Sequence record: KJ190157
From: Escherichia phage vB_EcoS_FFH_1
Direction: 5' to 3' (one strand)
Length of the DNA: 64,000 nucleotides
The translations under genes were made by a program, and so were the position numbers. This document shows, one piece after another, positions 26,677-36,262 of the stretch (position 1 is its first letter; each line of letters begins with the position of its first letter). The notes beneath the pieces were generated by a model. It ran no database searches. It was not told the origin of the DNA and saw nothing but the letters and a program-made list of their open reading frames with translations.

Positions 26677-29466
26677 GTGTTTTCTATCCTCCAAGGTCAC
26701 GCCGGTTTTTCTCGTGATTTAGCAACAGGTATTTGGCGAGAAATCAAAGCGGAAGATTATACCTTTGCCAAACGATTCTCGAAAGAGCATCCAGAAGGTA
26801 AACCAGCTTCTATGCCCTTCAAATTTGATGTAATAGAAGAGCACGACCCACAAAGCCTTGCCGAAATGTTACCACTTATGAGACGTTTAACGTCTGACCC
26901 TCATATCGTTGCGGTACGAGGTCGATGTCTTGCACCTAAAAATAATGTGCGACGTAAGAAAGGTAACTTTAATGTATCCAACCCTAGCAATATTATTGCT
27001 ATGGACGTGGATGGTATCCTAGATACCGGTGGGTATGACAAGTTTAATCTTGTAGGTATGGCTCGCCACATTATTAAGATGTTGAATAGTATTAGTGAGG
27101 ATATGTTTCCTCTTGATGCAGGGTTTATTGCTCATGCATCGTCTTCGGCTGGCCTAAAACCAGGTATCCGAATGCACTTAATGCTAGAATCTAACGTCAA
27201 GGTAACTCAAGGTCAGTTAAAGTTCTTATTTACGTCTATCAATGATAGTAGTAAGCAAAAATTCGGTTTTGATATTGCCGACTTAGCTTATTACTCATCT
27301 GTCCAGCTTCACTATTTTGCCGACCCTTTATTTAGCGATGGTATTGTTGATCCGTTTAAAGCGGAGAGTAAGCCACGTCTGGTATATGTTAAAGGTTCGA
27401 AGGTAAATTTGCCCAATAATCTGGTTGACTATGAAACAACTAGAGGGGAATTTAAGGAAGAGTTTTATTCTTTACTTGATCAAATTAAAGGCAAAAAGAT
27501 TGCTTCTGATAAAGTAGAAGAAACCATCAGCGAATTGGAAGAAGCCGAGGATGGGGTGTACTTGCGTATTATCCCCAAACTCTACCATAGAGCATTAGAG
27601 GATGGTGTTGATTTCGCATGGCTAGAACGCGAGATTAAACCCGCTTTATCTGAATATATTGCAACTAAAGATAACAGTCGTAATATTCAAGATTACTTTA
27701 ATAACGGTCGTAAGCAGGCTCTCAAAGCGTTTGTTAATAATTCTAAACGTGAGATCCCATTAAATCTGAAGGGTGTTCCACTCAAGAAATTAGAAGTGGA
27801 TTCTCCACCAGAAGTTCCGTACCTGAAGATTAACATTGTGCCTCCAAAAGGCCATATAACATTTGTTAAGGCAAGTCTTGGTACTGGTAAGACTACGGCA
27901 GTAACTAAATGGCTGGACGCAGGTGTTCTTCCTGGCAACTTTTTAGCAGTTACAAATACTAGAGCACTGGTATCTTCAAACGCTAAGAAATTTAGCGCAG
28001 GACAATATGATAAGTCTGTAGATATGCTCAACTTTAAACGTGGAGCTATTGATCGTATGTCTACAACTATCCACTCTTTGCATAAGTTCAAAAGTTTTAT
28101 TGGTCAAATAGATACCATTTTTATTGATGAATGTGATGCTGTAATGAATGATCTATTATTCGCACCTGTTGTTAAGCAACGTCGCGAATGTATTCAAGTT
28201 CTACGTGACATCCTCATGACAGCTAAAACTGTAATTCTATCAGATGGTGATATTAGTGCCGAAACTATTGAAGCATATGGTTCTCTAATTGATTTTGATA
28301 AACCAGTAGCATTTTATAATCATCACCGTAAGATGCTGTCAAAAGCTCATGCTTATGAGTTCCCGGATGAATCCAGTATTTGGGTTGCACTTCAGACCTC
28401 TCTAGAGATGGGTGAGAAATCTATCCTAGTATCTGATTGTGGGCCGGATGAACTGAATGAGAAGGGCATGGCATTGCGTCGTAATACGGGTGCGCTAGTT
28501 AAGGAAATCCACTCAAACTCCACTTCAGATGTGGATATTAGACGTATTCTGGATTATACGACTAATGAGTTAATTGATCAACAAATTGACTGCTTATTAT
28601 GTAGTCCATCCGTAACGAGTGGCGTTGATTTCAACTATTTTGATAACGTATTTGTTATTACTAGAACTAGTAATCAAGCGCCAAACATGCGTTTCCAAGC
28701 AATTAGGCGCGACCGTGGTGCTCAGAATATCTATTATTTTATTGATAAATCTACGAGTGGATTCTCCGCAGGTTCTGAACAATATAATATTGATGAGGGT
28801 TGGCTGGAGTTAGCACAGCAATTATACGCACGTCGCAGAGAGCTAGAATCTAGGAACTATACTAGTACTTTACGTTATTACTTGCTTGATCAGGGTGCAA
28901 CTATTGATATTTTCAGTGAAAGTTGGGGAACTATTGAAGGTGCTGGTAAAGAGTACACAGAAGAGCGAATTAAAGCTATTCTACATTCAACTCCTGATTA
29001 TTGTGCTCCACGTCATGCGGATGCGTATGAAGCTAAACTACTTCTTGTCCGCTATTATCATCTTGAGTCTATTAAAGATGTAACAGTTGAGCATGTTGAA
29101 CAATATATCAAAGATAAACCGAATGATCGAGCTGCATTCTTCCATAAGATGCACGAGATGTTCTGGGAAGATATTAAGAAGTGTTCAAATGTGACCATTA
29201 AACCATTCATAGAGGCTCTGAAAGGTAAGAAGAAAGACTTCTTCCTTAAAACAGGTCAGAGTGCTAACCCAAAATATGCTAGAATGTATCTTGGTATGAT
29301 GGGTATTGGTAAGGATATGAACACTGAAAATATTGTAGACTGGTACAGAACCTATTGTAAAATCGAGTGTATGCCAATCCCATATAAGTTTATGACTGAT
29401 GAGGAGAAACATATGCATGATGAAGCAATGGCAGAGCTAGGTGCTAGAAATGACAGTGAAGAATAA
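26677..29466 (+). CDS. Large SF2-type helicase / replication-origin-binding-type protein (929 aa)
   Basis: Walker A KASLGTGKTT and DExD-like IFIDECD; GTG start after AGGAG; follows a 600 bp noncoding region. Confidence 0.55.
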   Translation: MFSILQGHAGFSRDLATGIWREIKAEDYTFAKRFSKEHPEGKPASMPFKFDVIEEHDPQSLAEMLPLMRRLTSDPHIVAVRGRCLAPKNNVRRKKGNFNVSNPSNIIAMDVDGILDTGGYDKFNLVGMARHIIKMLNSISEDMFPLDAGFIAHASSSAGLKPGIRMHLMLESNVKVTQGQLKFLFTSINDSSKQKFGFDIADLAYYSSVQLHYFADPLFSDGIVDPFKAESKPRLVYVKGSKVNLPNNLVDYETTRGEFKEEFYSLLDQIKGKKIASDKVEETISELEEAEDGVYLRIIPKLYHRALEDGVDFAWLEREIKPALSEYIATKDNSRNIQDYFNNGRKQALKAFVNNSKREIPLNLKGVPLKKLEVDSPPEVPYLKINIVPPKGHITFVKASLGTGKTTAVTKWLDAGVLPGNFLAVTNTRALVSSNAKKFSAGQYDKSVDMLNFKRGAIDRMSTTIHSLHKFKSFIGQIDTIFIDECDAVMNDLLFAPVVKQRRECIQVLRDILMTAKTVILSDGDISAETIEAYGSLIDFDKPVAFYNHHRKMLSKAHAYEFPDESSIWVALQTSLEMGEKSILVSDCGPDELNEKGMALRRNTGALVKEIHSNSTSDVDIRRILDYTTNELIDQQIDCLLCSPSVTSGVDFNYFDNVFVITRTSNQAPNMRFQAIRRDRGAQNIYYFIDKSTSGFSAGSEQYNIDEGWLELAQQLYARRRELESRNYTSTLRYYLLDQGATIDIFSESWGTIEGAGKEYTEERIKAILHSTPDYCAPRHADAYEAKLLLVRYYHLESIKDVTVEHVEQYIKDKPNDRAAFFHKMHEMFWEDIKKCSNVTIKPFIEALKGKKKDFFLKTGQSANPKYARMYLGMMGIGKDMNTENIVDWYRTYCKIECMPIPYKFMTDEEKHMHDEAMAELGARNDSEE

Positions 29467-29683
29467 AAAATGGGAAACAAGGAAGTTCCCAGTAAAAGAA
29501 CGTAAAGTTCCTGTTTATGATACTTCGGAAAAGCTATGTAGGGTGGTACCGCATAGATTAGCTGGTATCCCTAACATATCCGAATGGTTACTTAAACAAC
29601 GGAAAACAAACGTGTCTCTTCGCATCGGCTTTGAGTTAGATAAAGTCTATGCTGAACTTGCTTCTTTGCTCAAGGAATCGTAA
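29441..29683 (+). CDS. Hypothetical protein (80 aa)
   Basis: ORF overlapping the end of the previous gene. Confidence 0.35.
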   Translation: MLEMTVKNKKWETRKFPVKERKVPVYDTSEKLCRVVPHRLAGIPNISEWLLKQRKTNVSLRIGFELDKVYAELASLLKES

Positions 29684-29691
29684 AAATTTAT

Positions 29692-29720
29692 TTGCATAGT
29701 TCAAAAAATTTCTGTATAAT
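29692..29720 (+). promoter_or_regulatory. PN25-like strong early promoter
   Basis: AAAAATTTATTTGCAT...TCTGTATAAT-AGATTCATAAATTTGAGAGAGGAGTT, matching the T5 PN25 sequence recalled from memory across the -10 and downstream box. Confidence 0.75.
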
Positions 29721-29751
29721 AGATTCATAAATTTGAGAGAGGAGTTTAAAT

Positions 29752-30456
29752 ATGGCTGGTTCTCGCAGAAAGAAACATATCCATGAAATCCCGGATGAAG
29801 TCTTTAAAAAAGTTATAGAGCATCTGGAGAACGGTGGTACTAAGAAAGCAGCATGTGAAATGCTTGGCGTATCATCCAACCCAACTATGGAAAGGATGAT
29901 AGAAGAGTGGCAAGATCGCCAAATTCAAGTTGCCGAGATGAAGAAAAAGAAACGTGGCACACTCATTGAAGGCATTGAGTTGGCCAACGTTATTGAACAG
30001 TATCTATCTGGCGATTCTTTTGAAGAGATTGCCGATCGTAATTACCGCTCTGTAGCAATGGTTAAATCTGTTCTGGAACGCTATGGTGCTCTGCTTCGTT
30101 TGAACGATATTGTAGATCCATTGAATCCACCAATTATTCCTGATGATGCTGTAGCAGAAGAATTTGAGGTAGGTGAGCTTGTTTGGGTTCCTGGATACCA
30201 GTGTATCGGTGAAATCAAAAAAGCAATGGATACCCCTGTTGGTTGTTACCGTGTATGGCTTCTATCAGAAGGCAAACAACAGAACGTTCATTATATGAAT
30301 TATGAGTTGGCTTCTGTTAAACATCTGGAAAAGCTAGGGGTTGATGTAAAATCTCTAGGGTATAAGTGGACTCGTGAAGAAGTTATTACGTTGATTAACG
30401 AAGCTGTTAAGGCTGCCTTGAAACTTGATAAAGAAAAAGGAAAACGCCGTGAGTAG
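29752..30456 (+). CDS. DNA-binding protein with N-terminal helix-turn-helix (possible T5 D5 analogue)
   Basis: HTH-like GGTKKAACEMLGVS; driven by the PN25-like promoter with RBS GAGGAG. Confidence 0.5.
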   Translation: MAGSRRKKHIHEIPDEVFKKVIEHLENGGTKKAACEMLGVSSNPTMERMIEEWQDRQIQVAEMKKKKRGTLIEGIELANVIEQYLSGDSFEEIADRNYRSVAMVKSVLERYGALLRLNDIVDPLNPPIIPDDAVAEEFEVGELVWVPGYQCIGEIKKAMDTPVGCYRVWLLSEGKQQNVHYMNYELASVKHLEKLGVDVKSLGYKWTREEVITLINEAVKAALKLDKEKGKRRE

Positions 30457-30700
30457 ACTAACTGATTTACTTAAAGATGGGGAAATAAAAACACTATATC
30501 GTAGAAGCTGGGATAACGATAATAACGGCTTAGTGTTACTAACTTTAGATGCTGACTCGGATGTAGCTACTCAGCATACCTGGGTAGCCGGTAACTATCC
30601 ATATAGCGAGGTTGTTTCATTAACAGTATGCGAAGCTATTGCAGATGATTGGGAGGTTGCCAGCATCGAGGATATGCTCGCTGTTGGCCTGGTGGAGTAA
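30449..30700 (+). CDS. Hypothetical protein (about 83 aa)
   Basis: GTG start with RBS AAGGAA; overlaps the previous stop. Confidence 0.4.
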   Translation: MSRLTDLLKDGEIKTLYRRSWDNDNNGLVLLTLDADSDVATQHTWVAGNYPYSEVVSLTVCEAIADDWEVASIEDMLAVGLVE

Positions 30701-30717
30701 CTACTTAAAAATTTCAG

Positions 30718-30746
30718 TTGCTTAATCCTACAATTCTTGATATAAT
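30718..30746 (+). promoter_or_regulatory. Conserved early promoter
   Basis: TTGCTT-17-TATAAT. Confidence 0.6.
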
Positions 30747-30803
30747 ATTCTCATAGTTTGAAAGAACTATTCTGTTTAATTCTTAATTAAGGAAATATAA
30801 AAT

Positions 30804-31214
30804 ATGACTACTCCAACTCAGTGGACTGATGAACTGTTCGAAAAAATGTCTTCCGAATACGTTGCTCGTATGGAGCAATTCCCAGAGGATGAACGTCCGG
30901 GTGTTAGCATGGAAATTGTTAGCGAAATTGCCCAGGAAAACGGTGTAACTCCGAACGGTTTTCGTATGAAGCTGACTAAAGCAGGTTTGTATATTAAGAA
31001 AGCTGCTGGTTCTACTTCTAAATCTAGCGCATCTACTGGAGAAAAAGCTTCTGGTGGTTCTCGTACCTCCAAAGCTCAAGCCCATGCCGACCTTCGCGCA
31101 GCATTCTCTGACGCTGGCTTAGCACCAGATTTTCTGGATGATGCAATTATCGACAAACTGACCGGTAAAGCGGCTGCTCATCTGGCAGAAGCAATCCGAG
31201 CTATCACTAAGTAA
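30804..31214 (+). CDS. Hypothetical protein (136 aa) with host-like codon usage
   Basis: RBS AAGGAAA; Ser/Ala/Gly-rich linker. Confidence 0.5.
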   Translation: MTTPTQWTDELFEKMSSEYVARMEQFPEDERPGVSMEIVSEIAQENGVTPNGFRMKLTKAGLYIKKAAGSTSKSSASTGEKASGGSRTSKAQAHADLRAAFSDAGLAPDFLDDAIIDKLTGKAAAHLAEAIRAITK

Positions 31215-31250
31215 TTTTTAGATAAATCCACCAACAAAAGGAACACAGTT

Positions 31251-31547
31251 ATGACCAAAGCTGAAATTATCGCACAATGTGAAAAATTTGGTGAGTTTTA
31301 TCTTCATTACGAGAAACTTCGTCAGAAAGGAACCACGTACCTTCAGGGTACGATGGAATTTGATCCAGCCCAAGATAAATATCTGGCTGAGCGTATTAAA
31401 CGTGAACGTATTCGTAAAGCGAAAGATGATGAGATCCTTGTCTTCTCTCGTACTAATGATAGCTTCCGTTTTATTCCTGTTGAGAAAGTCCGTCGTGTGA
31501 CTAGCCTCCAATCAGAGTTAGATCGTGCTTCTCCAGTAGGCCGATAA
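31251..31547 (+). CDS. Hypothetical protein (98 aa)
   Basis: RBS AAGGAA. Confidence 0.5.
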   Translation: MTKAEIIAQCEKFGEFYLHYEKLRQKGTTYLQGTMEFDPAQDKYLAERIKRERIRKAKDDEILVFSRTNDSFRFIPVEKVRRVTSLQSELDRASPVGR

Positions 31548-31557
31548 GAAACCAATT

Positions 31558-31586
31558 AGCCCCTATATGGGGCTTTTTGTGTATTT
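31558..31586 (+). terminator. Intrinsic terminator
   Basis: Hairpin agcccc-tatat-ggggct followed by ttttgtgtattt. Confidence 0.55.
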
Positions 31587-31597
31587 GGGATATGTAA

Positions 31598-31906
31598 ATG
31601 AGCGAACAGGTAAATCAAAACTATGAAGGACACGTTGATGACCAGTCCATCATACTTTGGGAGAAGGAGGGGGAACAAGTAAGATTAACAGTATCGGAAT
31701 TTCGTGGGAATCTATACATGGGTATTCGTTACTGGCTTCTTGATATTAATGATGAATGGTTTCCAACGAAATCTGGCTTCTCTTTTCCTTACACCCTAGA
31801 AACAACATCACAGCTTTTCTACGCGTTTACACAGATTCTTAGTGAATCTGAGGTTTTACATGAGGTACAGAAACGAGCTGAAGAACTCAAAGCCAAGAAT
31901 GCCTAG
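31598..31906 (+). CDS. Hypothetical protein (102 aa)
   Basis: ORF; terminator hairpin spans its stop codon. Confidence 0.45.
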   Translation: MSEQVNQNYEGHVDDQSIILWEKEGEQVRLTVSEFRGNLYMGIRYWLLDINDEWFPTKSGFSFPYTLETTSQLFYAFTQILSESEVLHEVQKRAEELKAKNA

Positions 31907-31933
31907 TTCTTGGCTTTTTCTTTATAAATGTAT

Positions 31934-31962
31934 TTGCTTTCAACTCAGTTTTGTTATATAAT
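31934..31962 (+). promoter_or_regulatory. Conserved early promoter upstream of the ligase N-terminal ORF
   Basis: TTGCTT-17-TATAAT. Confidence 0.6.
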
Positions 31963-31993
31963 ATTTATATAAATTGATGAGAGATACAAATAA

Positions 31994-32965
31994 ATGACTA
32001 ATGTAAAAAACTTTATTAAACGTTGCCAAGAAGCGTACTACCAGGGAATGTCTTTAATCTCTGACGAAGAATATGATCGTCTGATTAAAAGATTTCCGTT
32101 AGAAGAAGAGATCGGTCCTAAGGGCGATATTCCACATCTGTATCGTATGTATTCTTTACAGAAAGTTTATTATAATCGTGGAGATAAACCTCCGTTTAAC
32201 CCATTAGGTCAGGTAGAAACTGATAAGTTAGATGGTTGTGCGATTTCTCTGCTATATATTAATGGCGAATTTGTTCAAGCACTAACTCGTGGTAATGGTA
32301 TTCTAGGGAATGATGTCACAAGCAACGTAAGATTGCTGAACATTCCTAAAAAGATTTCCCAAAAAGTACCTACTCAAATCACTGGTGAAGTTCTAATTAC
32401 AAAAGAAGTAGAAAATAAACGTAACTTTGCCTCTGGTGCTATTAACCTCAAAGATAGTGATGATTTCGTACAACGTATCGGGGAAGGTGGTTTAATCTTT
32501 GTTGCATATGGTATCCAGTGTTCTGCTGAATCTGTAGGTATTACAGAAGCATATTTAAAAGATATGCTTTGGCTAGAGAATGAGAACTTCTTAACAGTTG
32601 TTAATGTACGTTCCTTCTTTAAATGGATTCCGACGGACGGTAAAGTTGTTCGTATTAATGACAACAACAAATTCTTCCGCGAAGGCTGGACTAATAAATT
32701 CCCTCGCGGGGCGTTCGCTATTAAAGAGGATGAAGAAGGCGAGATTACAACTCTTACTAAAGTTGAATGGCAGGTAGGGGCTTCTGGTAAAGTAACTCCA
32801 GTTGGTTATTTCGAACCGGTAATTATTGATGATGCTACAATTGTTAAAGCGACTCTTAATAACGTTGATTATATTAACTCTCTCTATCTAGAGATCGGTT
32901 GCCAGATTCGAGTGATTCGTGCTGGTGGTGTAATCCCGTGTATAGTAGAGCGAGTATACGATTAA
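31994..32965 (+). CDS. NAD-dependent DNA ligase, N-terminal part (Ia and adenylation domains plus OB)
   Basis: ISDEEYDRL (Ia domain) and the KxDG adenylation motif TDKLDGCA. Confidence 0.75.
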   Translation: MTNVKNFIKRCQEAYYQGMSLISDEEYDRLIKRFPLEEEIGPKGDIPHLYRMYSLQKVYYNRGDKPPFNPLGQVETDKLDGCAISLLYINGEFVQALTRGNGILGNDVTSNVRLLNIPKKISQKVPTQITGEVLITKEVENKRNFASGAINLKDSDDFVQRIGEGGLIFVAYGIQCSAESVGITEAYLKDMLWLENENFLTVVNVRSFFKWIPTDGKVVRINDNNKFFREGWTNKFPRGAFAIKEDEEGEITTLTKVEWQVGASGKVTPVGYFEPVIIDDATIVKATLNNVDYINSLYLEIGCQIRVIRAGGVIPCIVERVYD

Positions 32966-33015
32966 TACATAACCCTTTGCTACCCATCTACCATATCGGA
33001 ATTATAAAGTGGTTA

Positions 33016-33044
33016 TTGACATTTTCGCCGCTTAGGTATATACT
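33016..33044 (+). promoter_or_regulatory. Sigma70-type promoter TTGACA-17-TATACT inside the ligase split
   Basis: Shares the 13-mer ttgacattttcgc with the promoter at 4418. Confidence 0.45.
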
Positions 33045-33108
33045 ATTATCATTCAGTTGAGGGATAGAAAGTTATGGCGAGGGTAAGCAAAGTTAGTTAA
33101 AATTGTAG

Positions 33109-33137
33109 TTGCTAAATGCTTAAATACTTGCTATAAT
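33109..33137 (+). promoter_or_regulatory. Conserved early promoter upstream of the ligase C-terminal ORF
   Basis: TTGCTA-17-TATAAT. Confidence 0.6.
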
Positions 33138-33164
33138 ATTTATATAAATTGATAAGGAAGAAAT

Positions 33165-33947
33165 TTGATGAAAATCGAAATTCCAACACAATGTCCCTCT
33201 TGTGGTTCTAAGCTAGATCTTGTCAACGGACAATTATTCTGTCGTAATAAGTCCAACTGTCCAGCGCAATCAAGCAAGTTAATTGAGAACTTCTGTTCAA
33301 AAATGAAGTTAAAGGGCTTTGGCCCAAAAACTATTGAGAAGCTGGAGCTGACGAAGATTTCAGAACTATTTTACCTAACCGAAGAAGATTTGGTTAGAGT
33401 CGTGGGTAGCAAGGTTGCCGCTAAGTTAATTAGCGAATTAAATACTAAAGTTCGCGGAGACATTGACTTTGGTTCAGTTCTCGGTTCTTTAGGAATCCCT
33501 CTAATTGGAGAGGTTGCAGCAAAGAAATTATCCCAAAATTGCACTAGCTTCCACGATGTGAAGGCTGACGGCAAGGCTGGAGAAAATTACAAAGCCTGGC
33601 TAAATTCCCCACAAGGCAAGGATGTTATTGAACTACCGTGGAAATTTTCAACTGGTATTAAGGGCACTAAAGCTGACGTCATCATTACAGATGAATTAGT
33701 TGCCCAGCCAAATGGAATCGCGGTATGTATTACCGGATCTTTGCAAGATTTTGCAAATCGAACGGATGCAACAAACTATTTAGAAGGTCTAGGGTATACG
33801 GTTAAGAAATCCGTTACTAAAGACGTCAAATACCTAATCTGTGAGGATGAATCAAAACGTTCTTCCTCATCTTATAAGAAAGCCGAAACGAATGGGATAG
33901 AAATCCTGTCGATTAAAGAACTATTGGAGAAAAATAATAATGTCTAA
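33165..33947 (+). CDS. NAD-dependent DNA ligase, C-terminal part (Zn-finger, HhH, BRCT-like)
   Basis: Cys4 zinc finger CPSCGS...CRNKSNCPAQ, HhH-like FGPKTIEKL, C-terminal BRCT-like region. Confidence 0.7.
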   Translation: MMKIEIPTQCPSCGSKLDLVNGQLFCRNKSNCPAQSSKLIENFCSKMKLKGFGPKTIEKLELTKISELFYLTEEDLVRVVGSKVAAKLISELNTKVRGDIDFGSVLGSLGIPLIGEVAAKKLSQNCTSFHDVKADGKAGENYKAWLNSPQGKDVIELPWKFSTGIKGTKADVIITDELVAQPNGIAVCITGSLQDFANRTDATNYLEGLGYTVKKSVTKDVKYLICEDESKRSSSSYKKAETNGIEILSIKELLEKNNNV

Positions 33948-34707
33948 ACTGAACTGGAACGTAGAAGGTGTAACCGAGTCTCTGAAAGCAAAAGCCACTG
34001 CTCTGGGTGTTGCTGTAATCTCTCAAGAACAAGTAGCTGCTATCGCTGCTGAACTGGCTGCTGAAACTGGTAAAGACGTTACAGCTCGCTCTGTTGGCTC
34101 TAAACTGCGTAAAGAAGGTTTTGAAGTACAGAAAGCTAACGAAGTACAGAAATCCCCGTGGACTCCTGAGCAGGAAGCTGAACTGGTTGATTTCCTGAAC
34201 GCTCATGCTGGTCAGTATACCTATGCTGAAATCGCTGCTGCTGTAGCTGGTGGTCAGTTCGGTGCTAAACAGGTACAGGGTAAGATCCTGAGTCTGGAAA
34301 TGACCGCTTCTGTTAAACCAACTGAAAAAGCTGCTGCTGTTCGTTCCTTCACTCCTGATGAAGAAACTGATTTTGTTAATCAGGTTGTTGCTGGTGCTAC
34401 TATTGAAGCTATCGCTGCTCACTTCGGTCGTAATATCAAGCAGATCCGTGGTAAAGCTCTGAGCCTGCTTCGTGAAGGTCGTATCGCTGCTATGCCGGTA
34501 CAGGAAACCTCAAGTGCTAAAACTCGTGAAGATCTGTTAGAAGGTCTGGATCTGGCTAACATGACTGTTGCTGAGATCGCTGAGAAAACTGGTAAATCTG
34601 AGCGCGGTGTTAAATCTATGCTGTCTCGTCGTGGTCTGGTTGCTAAGGACTATGATGGTGCTGCTAAGCGTGCTAAACTGGATGCAAAAGCTGCGGCTGC
34701 TGAATAA
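33940..34707 (+). CDS. Protein with three tandem helix-turn-helix-like repeats and host-like codon usage
   Basis: Repeats TYAEIAAAVAG...LSLEM, TIEAIAAHFGRN...LSLLREG, TVAEIAEKTGKS...LSRRGL; strong GCT/CTG/GGT codon bias. Confidence 0.5.
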   Translation: MSKLNWNVEGVTESLKAKATALGVAVISQEQVAAIAAELAAETGKDVTARSVGSKLRKEGFEVQKANEVQKSPWTPEQEAELVDFLNAHAGQYTYAEIAAAVAGGQFGAKQVQGKILSLEMTASVKPTEKAAAVRSFTPDEETDFVNQVVAGATIEAIAAHFGRNIKQIRGKALSLLREGRIAAMPVQETSSAKTREDLLEGLDLANMTVAEIAEKTGKSERGVKSMLSRRGLVAKDYDGAAKRAKLDAKAAAAE

Positions 34708-34738
34708 TCTGGTAAATTAAACCTAAGGGGAGGGGGCT

Positions 34739-36262
34739 ATGCTCCTTCCCCTTTTTGCATTTAGAAGGCACGAAAGCGTGCAAAGGAGAATGACCTTGTT
34801 TAACGTGCAAGCTGTAGTGTTGAAGATGCTTCTAGCTTCCGAACAGAAGCAGATAGCATTGGAAACATTCTCAAAACTGCATAAAGATCATTTTAATGAC
34901 GCTTTCTCCTCAATTTACCAAGCCGTCCAGAATTATTATAAAAAATATAACACAATGCCGTCCATTGACGCACTGATGCTTGAGGCTAATAGGAACGCCC
35001 GCCTTTCTCAAGCTCTAGTCGTTTTAGCTAACACTCAAATTCCAGAAGTTAGCATGGAACAGGCACTTGAAGTCCTAGAGGCCGAGTATACACAGGATTT
35101 ATTCCTGAAGCTTCTAGAAACAGACGTGCTTCAAGATTTAACAATGCTGGATCAGGGAGAAATTCTTAACCGAGTTGCCTCCCTTCACTTAAAATTAGAA
35201 GAGAAAGTAACGAATACTGGAAAAGTATTCAACGCAGATAACATGCGTATTTTCCAGAGAGAAGAAGATACCAAACTGAACTTAATCGCTCTTGGTATTT
35301 GTAATGAGTTCGACGCTCAAATTGGTTTAGCTCGCACAGAAACGTTACTGCTTGGTGGTTGGCGTGGTACTGGTAAATCCATTATCTGTTCAAACATACA
35401 GGTTCAGCAATATTTGAATGGAGATATTGCTCCATACTTCTCAATTGAGATGAAAGAACATGAAGTATTTAGACGTAATCTAGCCATGTTAGCTGGTGTA
35501 TCCGCACTAGCAATGCGTAATAATACTCTAGAAGGTGCAGCTCTGTTGAGATTAGCCAGAACTAGAGCTAGGATGTTTAACGGTGGTGAAGAGCTTTTCG
35601 ATAACTTCGTTAAACAGTACACAATGGCTAAGATGAGTGATTTCTACGATATGGAGAGTAAGCTAATAGAAGGATATGAGCTACATACTCCTATGATTAT
35701 TGTTTATGATCCTGAGCTGTCTATTACAACAGTTGACGTAGAATTAAATAAATTAGTTGCTAGATATGGAGATAAAGTTACAGTAGCTTTACTGGACTAT
35801 ATTAACCAAACCCGACTTCCAGACTCTAAAACCATTGATATGTATGACTGGAAAGAACAGATGGTTGTTAGCTCGTCTTTCAAATCTATCTGCCAGAAAC
35901 ATAACGTGGCTGGTGTAGCTCCTTACCAGATCGATCAAGATGGTAGAACACGTATGTCAAAGGGGATTCTTGATTCCGCAGACATGGCTGCTAATCTTAA
36001 TGCTGCAAAAGCTGATAATGGTCAAGGTGCTATTATGTTTGACTTCGTTAAGACTCGTTCTTCTGATAGCGTGAAGTTTATGCCTAAGATGAACTGGGAA
36101 ACTCTGCGAATGGATAATACAACTAACCTAGCAATGGAAGATATATCTCAAATGGAAGCTGAGTTCGTTATCCCTATTGAGAAGGATAAGCCGGCTCAAC
36201 CTAAACGTGCTAAGAAAGACAAAACTGAAAATTCAACAGGTGAACAGGCCAGCGATATATGA
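34739..36262 (+). CDS. DnaB-like replicative helicase (RecA-fold ATPase); start codon uncertain
   Basis: Walker A-like LLLGGWRGTGKS; sits directly upstream of primase; possible TTG start near 34797. Confidence 0.55.
   Translation: MLLPLFAFRRHESVQRRMTLFNVQAVVLKMLLASEQKQIALETFSKLHKDHFNDAFSSIYQAVQNYYKKYNTMPSIDALMLEANRNARLSQALVVLANTQIPEVSMEQALEVLEAEYTQDLFLKLLETDVLQDLTMLDQGEILNRVASLHLKLEEKVTNTGKVFNADNMRIFQREEDTKLNLIALGICNEFDAQIGLARTETLLLGGWRGTGKSIICSNIQVQQYLNGDIAPYFSIEMKEHEVFRRNLAMLAGVSALAMRNNTLEGAALLRLARTRARMFNGGEELFDNFVKQYTMAKMSDFYDMESKLIEGYELHTPMIIVYDPELSITTVDVELNKLVARYGDKVTVALLDYINQTRLPDSKTIDMYDWKEQMVVSSSFKSICQKHNVAGVAPYQIDQDGRTRMSKGILDSADMAANLNAAKADNGQGAIMFDFVKTRSSDSVKFMPKMNWETLRMDNTTNLAMEDISQMEAEFVIPIEKDKPAQPKRAKKDKTENSTGEQASDI

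Noticed and set aside
33074-33100. Tiny ORF (MARVSKVS) in the ligase spacer
   Set aside because: Eight codons only; probably chance.
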